64,000 bases of DNA from a virus: positions 64,001 through 128,000 of IMG/VR virus record IMGVR_UViG_3300022562_002256, one strand, 5' to 3'. Made by a program: the position numbers and the translations under genes. The notes under the pieces were generated by a model, which worked only from the letters and a program-made list of their open reading frames with translations, had not been told where the DNA came from and searched no databases. This document shows, in pieces, positions 9,660 to 18,316 of this stretch (position 1 is the stretch's first letter; each line of letters starts with the position of its first letter).

Positions 9660-10196
9660 ATGCTCTATATTTTTGACGCAGACGGGACGCTTCGGCGATG
9701 CCTGGTTCCGACACAGCCGTGTCCTCACACCCAGGCAGAGTGGGCGCTCATGCCCGGGGTACTACAGCGGATGGCGCAGATCGACTGGACAGCCAACAAC
9801 TTCGGCATAGCGAGCAACCAAGCCGGTGTCGGGAAGGGCCTGCTGTCCGAAGTGGTGGCGCTGGAGTTGTTGGTGTCCCTCGCGCACACGGTGACTGGCC
9901 AGTGGCCGCCCGTCGGCGCCGTGCGGATGTGCCCTCACAACCACCACGTAGACACATGTTGGTGTCGCAAACCGTCGCCGTGGATGCTTTGGGAGATCAT
10001 GCGTTGCTATGGTGTCCCTCGCGCGGCGGACGGGACGGTGAGGAGCGATGTCATGTTTGTCGGTGACATGGACACCGACCGTCAAGCTGCCCTTGGGGCG
10101 CGGGTGATGTTCACGTGGGCCTGGGACTTTTTCGGGTCAACCAAGGAGGCGTGGGAGCGCGCCATCGGCTACGTGCCGACTTCGGGCCCGTCGTGA
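9660..10196 (+). CDS. HAD subfamily IIIA phosphatase (GmhB / polynucleotide 3'-phosphatase-like)
   Basis: IFDADGTL, SNQAGV, CPH-x6-CWCRKPSP, FVGDMDTD. Confidence 0.88.
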   Translation: MLYIFDADGTLRRCLVPTQPCPHTQAEWALMPGVLQRMAQIDWTANNFGIASNQAGVGKGLLSEVVALELLVSLAHTVTGQWPPVGAVRMCPHNHHVDTCWCRKPSPWMLWEIMRCYGVPRAADGTVRSDVMFVGDMDTDRQAALGARVMFTWAWDFFGSTKEAWERAIGYVPTSGPS

Positions 10197-10570
10197 CCAC
10201 ATCCATCCACGCTCGCTCGCGATCCGTGGACCTATGGCGCATCATGTACGCTGCGCGCGGGGCCGCTCCGGGGCGATGGTCGGCGGAGCAGACCGCGGCG
10301 CATCAGGAGTGGGAGCGGCGGGTTGAGATGGCCGACCACGAGCACGGCGCGGGGGCAAGCGCCGGCAAGGCGGCGCGGTACGACGCGTACGCGGCTGGGC
10401 GCGAGGACGAGGAGGCTGTCCGATGCGAGGACATCCGAATCGCGCGCGAGCTTTACCACGCGCTCGAGTCGGCGCTTGCGCGGCCCGACCGGGCAATTGA
10501 CATATTGCGTGACGCCCTGCGCAGCATGACTTTGCGGGACGTCATGCGCTTGCGACCGGGGACACGGTGA
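10193..10570 (+). CDS. Hypothetical protein
   Basis: GTGA coupling at both ends. Confidence 0.5.
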   Translation: MTTSIHARSRSVDLWRIMYAARGAAPGRWSAEQTAAHQEWERRVEMADHEHGAGASAGKAARYDAYAAGREDEEAVRCEDIRIARELYHALESALARPDRAIDILRDALRSMTLRDVMRLRPGTR

Positions 10571-11130
10571 GGGTTCACAGCACGTGGCTGGGCGACAGCG
10601 CGTGTGCAGGACGTCCACTGCCGTCCTTTACGGTTCGCATCGGCCTCGGTGCCTACCGGGCCATGGTCGCCTTCGCGCGACGGGCGTGGCCCAACGAGAC
10701 GGGCAGCGCGCTTGTGGGCACGTGCTCGGACGACGGCTTGGTTGCCACCGTGGTGCGCGTCATGCCCCGCGAGTTCGTGGCGATCGGCGGCCCGCGGGAC
10801 TGCCTGGTGGGAAACATGCCCGGGGAGCGCGATTACTTTGCCCGGCTGTTCCAGCGCAGCCGTGGTCGGGTGTTTTTCGCCGGGGCATGGCATAGCCACC
10901 CCGGTGGCGCCGCCCGGTTGAGCGAGGTGGACTGGTACGCGGCGCAACGGATCGCGGAGACCCCCGCCGCGGAATGCCCGGTGGTGATTCTCGCGGTGCT
11001 TGCGCTCGCCACAAACGGAGAGGCGTCGCTCGGGGTGAACGTGTATTCGCGGAAAGATGGTCGAATACCACTGCTGCGCGTAGAGCTGCGCGTAGACGGG
11101 GCGCCGGAGGAGTGTCATGGGCATCGATGA
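10567..11130 (+). CDS. JAB/MPN (Mov34) metalloprotease
   Basis: Upstream Glu in PNETG; WHSHP-x6-S-x2-D (GAWHSHPGGAARLSEVD). Confidence 0.85.
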   Translation: MRVHSTWLGDSACAGRPLPSFTVRIGLGAYRAMVAFARRAWPNETGSALVGTCSDDGLVATVVRVMPREFVAIGGPRDCLVGNMPGERDYFARLFQRSRGRVFFAGAWHSHPGGAARLSEVDWYAAQRIAETPAAECPVVILAVLALATNGEASLGVNVYSRKDGRIPLLRVELRVDGAPEECHGHR

Positions 11131-12397
11131 CCTGGTGGGGTGTTATCCGGCGTTTGGCGGCAAGCGCGACCCAGCGCCGGAGGTGTGGCGCAGGTTTGGC
11201 CGGGTCAGGCAGTACATCGAGCCCTGTTGCTTTTCGGCGGCGGTCTTGCTGCTCGCTCCCGAGCCAGCGTCGCTCGAGGTGATTGGTGACGTAAACGGAT
11301 TTGTCGCCAATTTCTGGAGGGCGGTCAAGCACCAGCCGGGAGAGGTGGCGCGGTGGGCGGACTACCCCGTGTCGCACATCGACCTTGGGGCGCGGCATGT
11401 GTGGCTCATGGCGCAGCGCGACCGGCTCGGGGCGAGTCTACAGGACCCCGACTGGCCGGGTGATGCCAAGGTCGCCGGTTGGTGGTTGTGGGGTCAGTGC
11501 TGCTGGATCGGGTCCGGGTGGTGCGAGTGGACGGGGGAGGTGCCTCACGTCGCGGATGCTGGGCTCGGCGTGCAAGCGATCGGGAAGGTGCCTCACGTGA
11601 CCGACGGCGGGCAGGGTGTACAGCCTGTACACCCTGCGTCGATGAGCATCCAGGCGCTGGGTAAGATCCCACTGGTGGGCAATGCCGGCCGGGGGATACA
11701 GCCTGTATCCCCCGGCGAGGACGTGGAACAATCCACTGCTGGCTGTGTACAGGCGCTCGGCAAGACACCACTGGTCACCACCGGCAAGGGGGTTCAGGCC
11801 ATGGGGCAGATCCCGTTCCTAAGCACTCCGGGGATGGGTGTGCAGGCCAGCGGCCACGTCACCCATCCCCGGAGTGTCGACAGCATCCAAGCGATGGGCC
11901 AGATCCCGCTCGTTGGCAACGCTGGCAGGGGCGTGCAGCCTGCACGCCCCTCATCCCTTGTGGACGCGGTGCTCGACATCCCGGGCGACTTGCTCACGTC
12001 GGCGGGACGCGTCGCGTGGGTATGGCTTCATCGCCTCGCTGCTCGGCTCGAGCGGGTGCGCGTCATCCACGGCGACTGGACGCGTACGCTCAACCATCAC
12101 TACGGTGGTGACGACACGGCGGTATTCCTCGATCCGCCCTACGAGGGCTACGAGGGGCTGTACCGGGCGGGATCAATCGCACAGGCTATGGCCGAGTGGG
12201 CGCGTGCCAACGCAAACCTAAAGGTCGCGCTTTGTGGCCACGGGGGCGACTACGACATGCCCGGCTGGGACGTGTACAAGTGGAGCCGTAGGCGGAACAC
12301 CTACGGTGGTGCCGGCACGAAGGACGCTGAGTGCATCTGGTTCTCGCCAGCGTGCCTTAAGCCGAGGACGGCGGGAAGGCAGACGAGTCTGTTTTGA
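11117..12397 (+). CDS. Dam-like (D12 class) N6-adenine DNA methyltransferase with an internal repeat region
   Basis: YPAFGGKR, YIEP, VIGDVNG, FLDPPY. Confidence 0.85.
   Translation: MGIDDLVGCYPAFGGKRDPAPEVWRRFGRVRQYIEPCCFSAAVLLLAPEPASLEVIGDVNGFVANFWRAVKHQPGEVARWADYPVSHIDLGARHVWLMAQRDRLGASLQDPDWPGDAKVAGWWLWGQCCWIGSGWCEWTGEVPHVADAGLGVQAIGKVPHVTDGGQGVQPVHPASMSIQALGKIPLVGNAGRGIQPVSPGEDVEQSTAGCVQALGKTPLVTTGKGVQAMGQIPFLSTPGMGVQASGHVTHPRSVDSIQAMGQIPLVGNAGRGVQPARPSSLVDAVLDIPGDLLTSAGRVAWVWLHRLAARLERVRVIHGDWTRTLNHHYGGDDTAVFLDPPYEGYEGLYRAGSIAQAMAEWARANANLKVALCGHGGDYDMPGWDVYKWSRRRNTYGGAGTKDAECIWFSPACLKPRTAGRQTSLF
11535..11945 (+). repeat. Six imperfect ~16-aa repeats G(K/Q/E)xP(H/L/F)xxxxGxG(V/I)Q inside the MTase
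   Basis: GEVPHVADAGLGVQ, GKVPHVTDGGQGVQ, GKIPLVGNAGRGIQ, GKTPLVTTGKGVQ, GQIPFLSTPGMGVQ, GQIPLVGNAGRGVQ. Confidence 0.85.
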
Positions 12398-12798
12398 TTG
12401 GCGCGCGGTCGAGCACTGGCATGTTGAGCAACACGGTGTTGCCGCAATTCGTGCAGATGAGTGCCACACACGAAAGCGCCATCGCTTTGCCCCCCTGCGG
12501 GATCGTAGCGCCCGTTGAACGCGGCGCGTGCTGCCTCCCAGTCGTGGCCTGCGTACACCAACTCGGCGTGGGCCCGGATGCGGCGGTACGCCTCACGGCT
12601 GCCGAATGGCGCGTCACCGCGCGCGCTGTCCGCCTCGGTGCTGCCGGTGCCGACGGGCCAGCGGTAGACTTCGAGACGGGCGGGGCGGCCGAGCCCCCAG
12701 ACCAGCAGCAGTTGGTGGTGCTGGTGGAAGTTTTCTTGGGCGTAGCCGAACAGCGCGAGGCCGCGGCGACGCCGCCATCGGGTGACGGTGGATGTCAT
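12301..12798 (-). CDS. Hypothetical protein, probably leaderless; 3' end doubtful
   Basis: ATG 6 nt after TACGTT; overlaps the MTase 3' end convergently. Confidence 0.5.
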   Translation of the reverse strand: MTSTVTRWRRRRGLALFGYAQENFHQHHQLLLVWGLGRPARLEVYRWPVGTGSTEADSARGDAPFGSREAYRRIRAHAELVYAGHDWEAARAAFNGRYDPAGGQSDGAFVCGTHLHELRQHRVAQHASARPRANQNRLVCLPAVLGLRHAGENQMHSASFVPAPP

Positions 12799-12804
12799 GT
12801 CAAC

Positions 12805-12833
12805 AACGTAACCACCGAGCCATGAGGGGGCAA
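12805..12833 (-). promoter_or_regulatory. Promoter TTGCCC-N17-TACGTT (TGGTTA class)
   Basis: Read from the reverse strand. Confidence 0.6.
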
Positions 12834-12859
12834 CGGGCACCAGTGCGGGCTTGCGCGTT

Positions 12860-12888
12860 GCGCATGTCGTGCGCATGTTACGCGCATG
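12860..12888 (+). repeat. Three GCGCATG repeats at an 11-bp period (candidate operator)
   Basis: Copies at 12860, 12871 and 12882, overlapping the start of 12886..13116. Confidence 0.6.
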
Positions 12889-13116
12889 GCAATGAGCAAG
12901 GCCGGTGGCAACTTGGCTCGGGGTCGACCCGCACGTGGTCAGCGCGTGGGCCGCGCGGTGGTCAACCTCACGATGCACCCCGACGACAAGGCGCTGCTAG
13001 GACCACGGGGCAAGCGTGGTCGACGCGTGGCGCTCGCGCTCATGGTGCTACGGATCGCGCCGCCCGACTTGGTGGACCGAGCACGGGTGATGGTAGCGGA
13101 AAGGGATGAGGCATAG
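12886..13116 (+). CDS. Small putative DNA-binding protein (paralog of 18122..18316)
   Basis: VNLTMHPDD-xx-LG; shared motif pattern. Confidence 0.65.
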   Translation: MAMSKAGGNLARGRPARGQRVGRAVVNLTMHPDDKALLGPRGKRGRRVALALMVLRIAPPDLVDRARVMVAERDEA

Positions 13117-13119
13117 GCC

Positions 13120-13491
13120 ATGGCTGACGACGCCGGTCACGATCAGATCGTCGACGAAACATTGGCCGAACTGGGGCTGACTCGAACGGTGGTCGAGCCC
13201 GAAGTCGAGTTCCCCATCGAGCACGCCTGCCCTGGCCCGTTCTGCCCGCACAACCACTTCACGGTCGACAAATTCGCTCGTAAAGTCCTCTGTGGCCTTT
13301 GCGGCGTCGCGCTTGACCCGATCGACGTGCTCTTTGAGCTTTCGCTCAATCCGACATGGATCAAGCAGGCGTACGTCGAGCGTCGGCGCGTCGATGAAGA
13401 GGTGAGGGCGCTCCGTGTTGAAGTGTCCAAACTGCGGGCGGCGAGGCGTGCCGTTCTCAACAAGTCCAAACCTCCCCAAGGCGCACCATGA
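13120..13491 (+). CDS. Zn-ribbon plus coiled-coil phage protein
   Basis: CPH, VD-x3-RKVLCGLCG-x2-LDP. Confidence 0.65.
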   Translation: MADDAGHDQIVDETLAELGLTRTVVEPEVEFPIEHACPGPFCPHNHFTVDKFARKVLCGLCGVALDPIDVLFELSLNPTWIKQAYVERRRVDEEVRALRVEVSKLRAARRAVLNKSKPPQGAP

Positions 13492-13555
13492 CCGAGGAAA
13501 GACCGCTTAGCCGCGGCGAGCTCCTTGACGTCGCGTTGGGCGGACGGCATATCTG

Positions 13556-14608
13556 ATGGACACGCTTCGTCAAGACATGCGTCTGCCTCAGCTTCTAGCG
13601 GAGAAGGCGGCGATGTTTGCGGCGTTGCGCAGGGAGGCAGGCATCGCGGCCAAAGCGCCTGTGATCCATGTCACCCGCCGAGCGCCGGTCGCGCCGACGC
13701 CGCTCCGCCAGGTTGTACGTCCGCACTTGGCCTCGGCGACCACCAACGTGGGGGAGTGCCGGTCGCCGAGGCCCGTGTCGCGTGCGGACCTACCTGCGAC
13801 CTACCGTGACGTGACTACGGCCATGATTCGGATGGCGCAGGCGGGTGACACCGTGATGGCGGGGGCGATTGTGCGGGCGAACGAGATGCTGATCTCGCGG
13901 GGGTGTGGAATCTACATACGAAAAAATCCTCACCTACGCGATGACATCCTGCAAGCTGGTCGAATGGGCTTCCTCCATGGAATTGTCAAGTTCGACACCG
14001 ACCGCGGGTATGAGTTGTCCACCTACGCGCTGCCGTGGGTGCGTAGCTACGCGCAGCGGCATGTATTGAACGAGGGGCGCACCATCCGGGTGCCGGTGTA
14101 TGCTCAGGGACTTGTTTCCCAGGCGCTCAACGCGGGGGCGACGACAGTCGATGATGTTCGCGAGATGAAGGGACAGTTCGCAGTGGACGCGTGGTCGCTC
14201 ATGCGCGGCTCTGTCAGCACCGAGGCGGCTCTGAGGTGCGACGGTCATGAGGATGATAACGTGCTCGGTGGAACGCTGGCCGACCCGGATGCGGTGGACC
14301 CCGAGCAGGCGGCGTTGAGTGGGGCGGACCGCGAGCGGGTGCGCAAGGCACTCAACGCCCTACCCGCCCGCGACCGCGAGGTGCTCGAGCTGAAGTACTT
14401 TGGAGGCGACCCATCCGCGGGCGTGCCAGCCGACCCTACGCTCGAGGAGATCGGTGAGCTGTATGGGCTCGGCCGGGAGCGGATCCGGCAGATTATCGCG
14501 GGTGCGCACGCAAAAATGGCAACCATGCTGCGGCGGCTTGACCGCGGCGAAACGTTGCCTCCGCCACAGGCTGAGGACAAGCGCCACCGCCGTGTGCGAC
14601 GAAGGTAA
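13556..14608 (+). CDS. RNA polymerase sigma-70 family factor (paralog 1)
   Basis: Region 2 DDILQAGRMGFLHGIVKFDTDRGYELSTYALPWVR; region 4 TLEEIGELYGLGRERIRQI. Confidence 0.9.
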   Translation: MDTLRQDMRLPQLLAEKAAMFAALRREAGIAAKAPVIHVTRRAPVAPTPLRQVVRPHLASATTNVGECRSPRPVSRADLPATYRDVTTAMIRMAQAGDTVMAGAIVRANEMLISRGCGIYIRKNPHLRDDILQAGRMGFLHGIVKFDTDRGYELSTYALPWVRSYAQRHVLNEGRTIRVPVYAQGLVSQALNAGATTVDDVREMKGQFAVDAWSLMRGSVSTEAALRCDGHEDDNVLGGTLADPDAVDPEQAALSGADRERVRKALNALPARDREVLELKYFGGDPSAGVPADPTLEEIGELYGLGRERIRQIIAGAHAKMATMLRRLDRGETLPPPQAEDKRHRRVRRR

Positions 14609-14627
14609 CCACACGAGAGGACTGGGC

Positions 14628-16085
14628 ATGATTACATTCAAGACCGACGCACAACGAGTACCGCGCGTGTTAGTCCCCAGACCATACCAAGAGAAGGCCA
14701 TCGCAGCGTGCATCGACTTCGCGCTCGACCACCACGATGGAGGCTCAATCCTCATATCATGCCCCCCGGGTGGCGGGAAAACGGTGATCGCCGCCTTCGT
14801 GTTGAGGATCCTCGCTGCCGACCAAGGGCTTCGGGGGCTCGCATGGGCGCACAGGCGGGAAATCGTGTTCCAGATCTACGATCACCTGATCGCATGCGGC
14901 GTGCCGCGCGATCTGCTCGGGGTCATCGTGTCGGGCGACGCCGGGCACGAAGAAGACGATGAGTCTCGGCCGGCGCGTCGCGTGGATCCCGCCGCCCTGA
15001 TCCAGGTAGGGACGATCCAGATGATCACCCGGCGACGCCCACCCGCTGACGTCGTATGGTCGGACGAGGCGCACCTTGACGCTGCTGAAGGGCGCAAGCG
15101 GCTCCGCCGCGCTTATCCGACAGCCGTTCACATAGGGACCACGGGCAGCCCTTGTCGTCTTGACGGACGCGGGCTGAGGTTTGAGTACGACTCCTTGCTC
15201 CAGGTGTCATCCCCGGCAGAGCTCATCGCCCTTGGGTACTTGGCCGAGCCGCGGGTATGGACCGTCCCGCCTGAGCTGCTCCCGGATCTTCGAAGGGTTC
15301 GCAAGACATGCGGCGACTATGCGCCTGGGGAGCTAAGCGATGCCGCGAACCGTCGACCCATCATCGGTGGCATCGTTGAACATTGGAAGCGCCACGCCGA
15401 CGGTCTGAGGACGTTCGCCTTCGCTGTCACGATCGCGCACAGCCGTCACATCACCAAGGCGTTCAAAGAGGCCAACGTCCCCTGGGAGCACGTCGATGGT
15501 GGTACGCCTCTTGCGACGCGCCGTCAGATCCTTGACCGCGTGACCACCGGCGACCTAATGGGCGTGTCCTGCGCGGAGTTGTTGACTGCCGGCGTCGACC
15601 GTCCCCCGATCAAGTGCGTGATCCAGGCGCGGCCGACGCTCTCCCTGGTCCTACATCTTCAGCAGACGGGGCGGTGCATGCGTCCGTGGAACGGGGCCAC
15701 GCCAGTCATCCTCGACCACGCCGGCAACAACGTCCAGCACGGGCTACCCCAAGACGAACGGGATTGGGAGGCCGTGTTTGAGGGCAGCAACGCGCGTCAA
15801 GGCCCGTCTGGGGCGCGCCCGCGCCCACGGGCATGCGGGGCGTGCTACGTGGTCATCACACCGGAACTGACCGCTTGTCCGAGCTGCGGCATGAACGTGC
15901 CCCCGACTCCTCTGCTCGCTCCTCTGGCGCCGGAACGCGATGGGGCGTTGGTCGAACTGAAGTTCCCAGCGGAAAACCGCGCCGACCATTGGCTGATCAT
16001 CCAACACGTCGCCAAGGACATCGGGGCATCGCCTGCATGGGCTGCCGACGTCTACAAGCGCCGCTATGGGGTGCTCCCTCCATGA
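14628..16085 (+). CDS. SF2 DEAH helicase with C-terminal Zn finger
   Basis: PRPYQ, PPGGGKT, SDEAH, GTTGSP, QQTGRCMRP, CGAC and CPSC. Confidence 0.92.
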   Translation: MITFKTDAQRVPRVLVPRPYQEKAIAACIDFALDHHDGGSILISCPPGGGKTVIAAFVLRILAADQGLRGLAWAHRREIVFQIYDHLIACGVPRDLLGVIVSGDAGHEEDDESRPARRVDPAALIQVGTIQMITRRRPPADVVWSDEAHLDAAEGRKRLRRAYPTAVHIGTTGSPCRLDGRGLRFEYDSLLQVSSPAELIALGYLAEPRVWTVPPELLPDLRRVRKTCGDYAPGELSDAANRRPIIGGIVEHWKRHADGLRTFAFAVTIAHSRHITKAFKEANVPWEHVDGGTPLATRRQILDRVTTGDLMGVSCAELLTAGVDRPPIKCVIQARPTLSLVLHLQQTGRCMRPWNGATPVILDHAGNNVQHGLPQDERDWEAVFEGSNARQGPSGARPRPRACGACYVVITPELTACPSCGMNVPPTPLLAPLAPERDGALVELKFPAENRADHWLIIQHVAKDIGASPAWAADVYKRRYGVLPP

Positions 16086-17053
16086 ACAGGCTCAGTCTTG
16101 AACGCAGAGCGGCCGTCCTGCAAGCCTTCACCCGCCATCCCATCCGCGCGGTGGCTGTGGTTGCTGGCGCCGATACGACGACGTGCCTGTCCACCCTGAG
16201 ACTTCTTGCTACCGTGGTGGCGTCTTGGCAGATTGGGTTGTTCGGCATAGTGGTCGAACAAGCTCGCTGTTACATAGGTCGTGTCAAGCTCGGGGCCGGG
16301 GTGGTAGGCTGTGTCTTGATCGACGACTCTACGCGCCTGATCGTCGGGTACGGAGTGGGAACGTCCGTAGAAACCGCCGAATCCGATGCGCTCGCAATGG
16401 CGTCGGTTACTACCCGGCGGATCGAACTTCTGGGCCGTGCGCCATGGGACTTCCCCCTTCCGCGATCGAATAAGCGCCCTCGCGCCGACGTGGCTGGCGC
16501 CAAGACCGCATTCGTTCTCCTGTTGACCGCATGGAATCTCTTGATTGATCACGACGGTTCTTCTCCGGCCTATCGCGCGGGGCTACAGCCGTGCTCTTGG
16601 ACGGCCATCCAACTTGTCGCCGAGGCGACCGGCGAGAAGGCCGAGAGCGCCAACGTGGAAACTCCTCCCCCTTCTCCGCCCACTCCGCATCCTCGCCCCA
16701 TGTCCGTCGAAGAGCGAGAAGCGCGCTGGCTTGGTCAACGGTATGCGCTTCTCGTCGTTGTCGCCCGGGTGCTCAAGGGCACCGCAACATCGCTGCGCCT
16801 GGTGCGGTGCGACTGTGGCGGCTTCAGGGTCTGCAATCTGACGCATCTTCGTTCGGGAGCGACGACGAGCTGTGGCTGTCGTCGCTTGGTTCCGCTGTTT
16901 GGGAGCCGTGTTCCCGCGGTCGTCCGCGCCCTGGGCTATGACTTGTCCATCGGCCAGCTTGCGGCTCTCGCTGGGATGACCCCAACGCAACTTATGGCCC
17001 GGATCGCGCGGGGCATGGACCCGGAAGCGGCGGCCTCGCTCGGGGTCACCTAG
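16082..17053 (+). CDS. Degenerate IS1-family transposase-like region fused to a CDCG..SCGC domain
   Basis: MNRLSLERRAAVL, LIDDSTRLIVGYGVG, AWNL..H...SPAYRAGL...WT; C-terminal RWLGQRY..VRCDCG..LRSG.T.SCGC. Confidence 0.55.
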   Translation: MNRLSLERRAAVLQAFTRHPIRAVAVVAGADTTTCLSTLRLLATVVASWQIGLFGIVVEQARCYIGRVKLGAGVVGCVLIDDSTRLIVGYGVGTSVETAESDALAMASVTTRRIELLGRAPWDFPLPRSNKRPRADVAGAKTAFVLLLTAWNLLIDHDGSSPAYRAGLQPCSWTAIQLVAEATGEKAESANVETPPPSPPTPHPRPMSVEEREARWLGQRYALLVVVARVLKGTATSLRLVRCDCGGFRVCNLTHLRSGATTSCGCRRLVPLFGSRVPAVVRALGYDLSIGQLAALAGMTPTQLMARIARGMDPEAAASLGVT

Positions 17054-17073
17054 AGCGGCTTCAGCGTCACCGG

Positions 17074-17949
17074 ATGGCAAAGCAAGGGTGTTTTTACCAG
17101 GAGGACACAGTGATCGAATTTCAGGACGACTTCGTGGCGACGCAGGACATCGGAGGGGCCGCGCTCTTCCGAGTCACCTACGTGAGTGAGGAGACGGCAC
17201 GCAAGGCTGCAGCGGAGGCCGAGCCGGCGCCGGTCACGTCGTTCGATGCCCGGAAGTGGTTCGGCGATCGTGAGCAGCCGAAGAGCGGCGGTTCAACCTT
17301 CTGGGATGAGCCCATGAGCGGGCGGGGCACCCCATGGGAGGCGTACTTCCGCTCGGTCGCCGACGGCATCGAGACGGGCGTCATGGCGGTATGCCCGCCA
17401 TCCGGTCCGAGTAACCGCTATGAGATTCAGGATGTGTGTCGTACGCTCCTTGACGCAGCCGACGAAGGGGTCAGCGACATCGCCGCCGCCGAGCGCGTGG
17501 TCGCGACGTTGCCTCGGTGGCTGTCCACGGACATGAGCGTGGGGCTGCTGTCCCTCGAGCGCGTGGCACCACCGCCCCCACACGACACGCGGTGGGCACG
17601 TCGCCTCGCGCAATATGCCAACAACACCGATCCCGGCCGGGCCGAGCCCATCCGCAACGCGCTCAGGTGGGGCGTGCGGTCGCTGCACGAGGCCATGTTG
17701 GTGCTGATCGCGCAGGGCGCCCCGCCGACCACGTGCGGCAACCTCGTCGGACGCGTGCTGTTCGACGAGGAGCCAGTCGACGGCGGCGAAACCGATGGCG
17801 ACTCCGGGGCCACCGGCGGTGTGGCGACCCGGTGCCCGACGTGCGGCTCACCCGATTCTGCGCGGGACCGCCGCGTGCTGCTGAACTACGCGGGCGATGC
17901 CCAGCAGTGCCCCGACCCGTGGCACTCGGCGGCGGCGGACACGGCATAG
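17074..17949 (+). CDS. Hypothetical protein with C-terminal CPTCGSP..CPDPWH motif
   Basis: 291-aa ORF. Confidence 0.65.
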   Translation: MAKQGCFYQEDTVIEFQDDFVATQDIGGAALFRVTYVSEETARKAAAEAEPAPVTSFDARKWFGDREQPKSGGSTFWDEPMSGRGTPWEAYFRSVADGIETGVMAVCPPSGPSNRYEIQDVCRTLLDAADEGVSDIAAAERVVATLPRWLSTDMSVGLLSLERVAPPPPHDTRWARRLAQYANNTDPGRAEPIRNALRWGVRSLHEAMLVLIAQGAPPTTCGNLVGRVLFDEEPVDGGETDGDSGATGGVATRCPTCGSPDSARDRRVLLNYAGDAQQCPDPWHSAAADTA

Positions 17950-18086
17950 CGTACGTAAGCCGACCAGGCGCGCCCGCCGACGTCCGACGCGCCATAGGGG
18001 GCGACTCAACCGCTGCGCACCGACGTGTTATGTGTAAGCGTTTTGCTGTCAAAATGACTACACCGTGTGCGCTCTGTGCGCAAGAC

Positions 18087-18114
18087 TTGCTGTTTCATGG
18101 TTGTGGGTTATACT
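18087..18114 (+). promoter_or_regulatory. Promoter TTGCTG-N16-TATACT, probably leaderless
   Basis: ATG 18122 lies 7 nt after the -10 box. Confidence 0.65.
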
Positions 18115-18121
18115 CACCGCC

Positions 18122-18316
18122 ATGACCCAGACACAGCCTCCGTCCTCAAAAAAGGTGATGGTTTGCCTGACGTTGCACCCCGATGACTACAAGCGACTCG
18201 GGATCAAAGGGCGACAGAGTAGGATGGTGGCACTCGCGCTGGCGGTGCTCGAACTCGCCCCAGAGCAGCTCATCGACAAGGCGCGCGCCATCGTCGCCAA
18301 GCGAGACCTCGCATGA
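18122..18316 (+). CDS. Small putative DNA-binding protein (paralog of 12886..13116)
   Basis: VCLTLHPDDYKRLG..ALALAVLELAPEQLIDKARAIVAKRD. Confidence 0.7.
   Translation: MTQTQPPSSKKVMVCLTLHPDDYKRLGIKGRQSRMVALALAVLELAPEQLIDKARAIVAKRDLA

Noticed and set aside
10567-11130. JAB as part of a CBASS or ubiquitin-like operon
   Set aside because: No CD-NTase, E1/E2 or Ubl gene in the window
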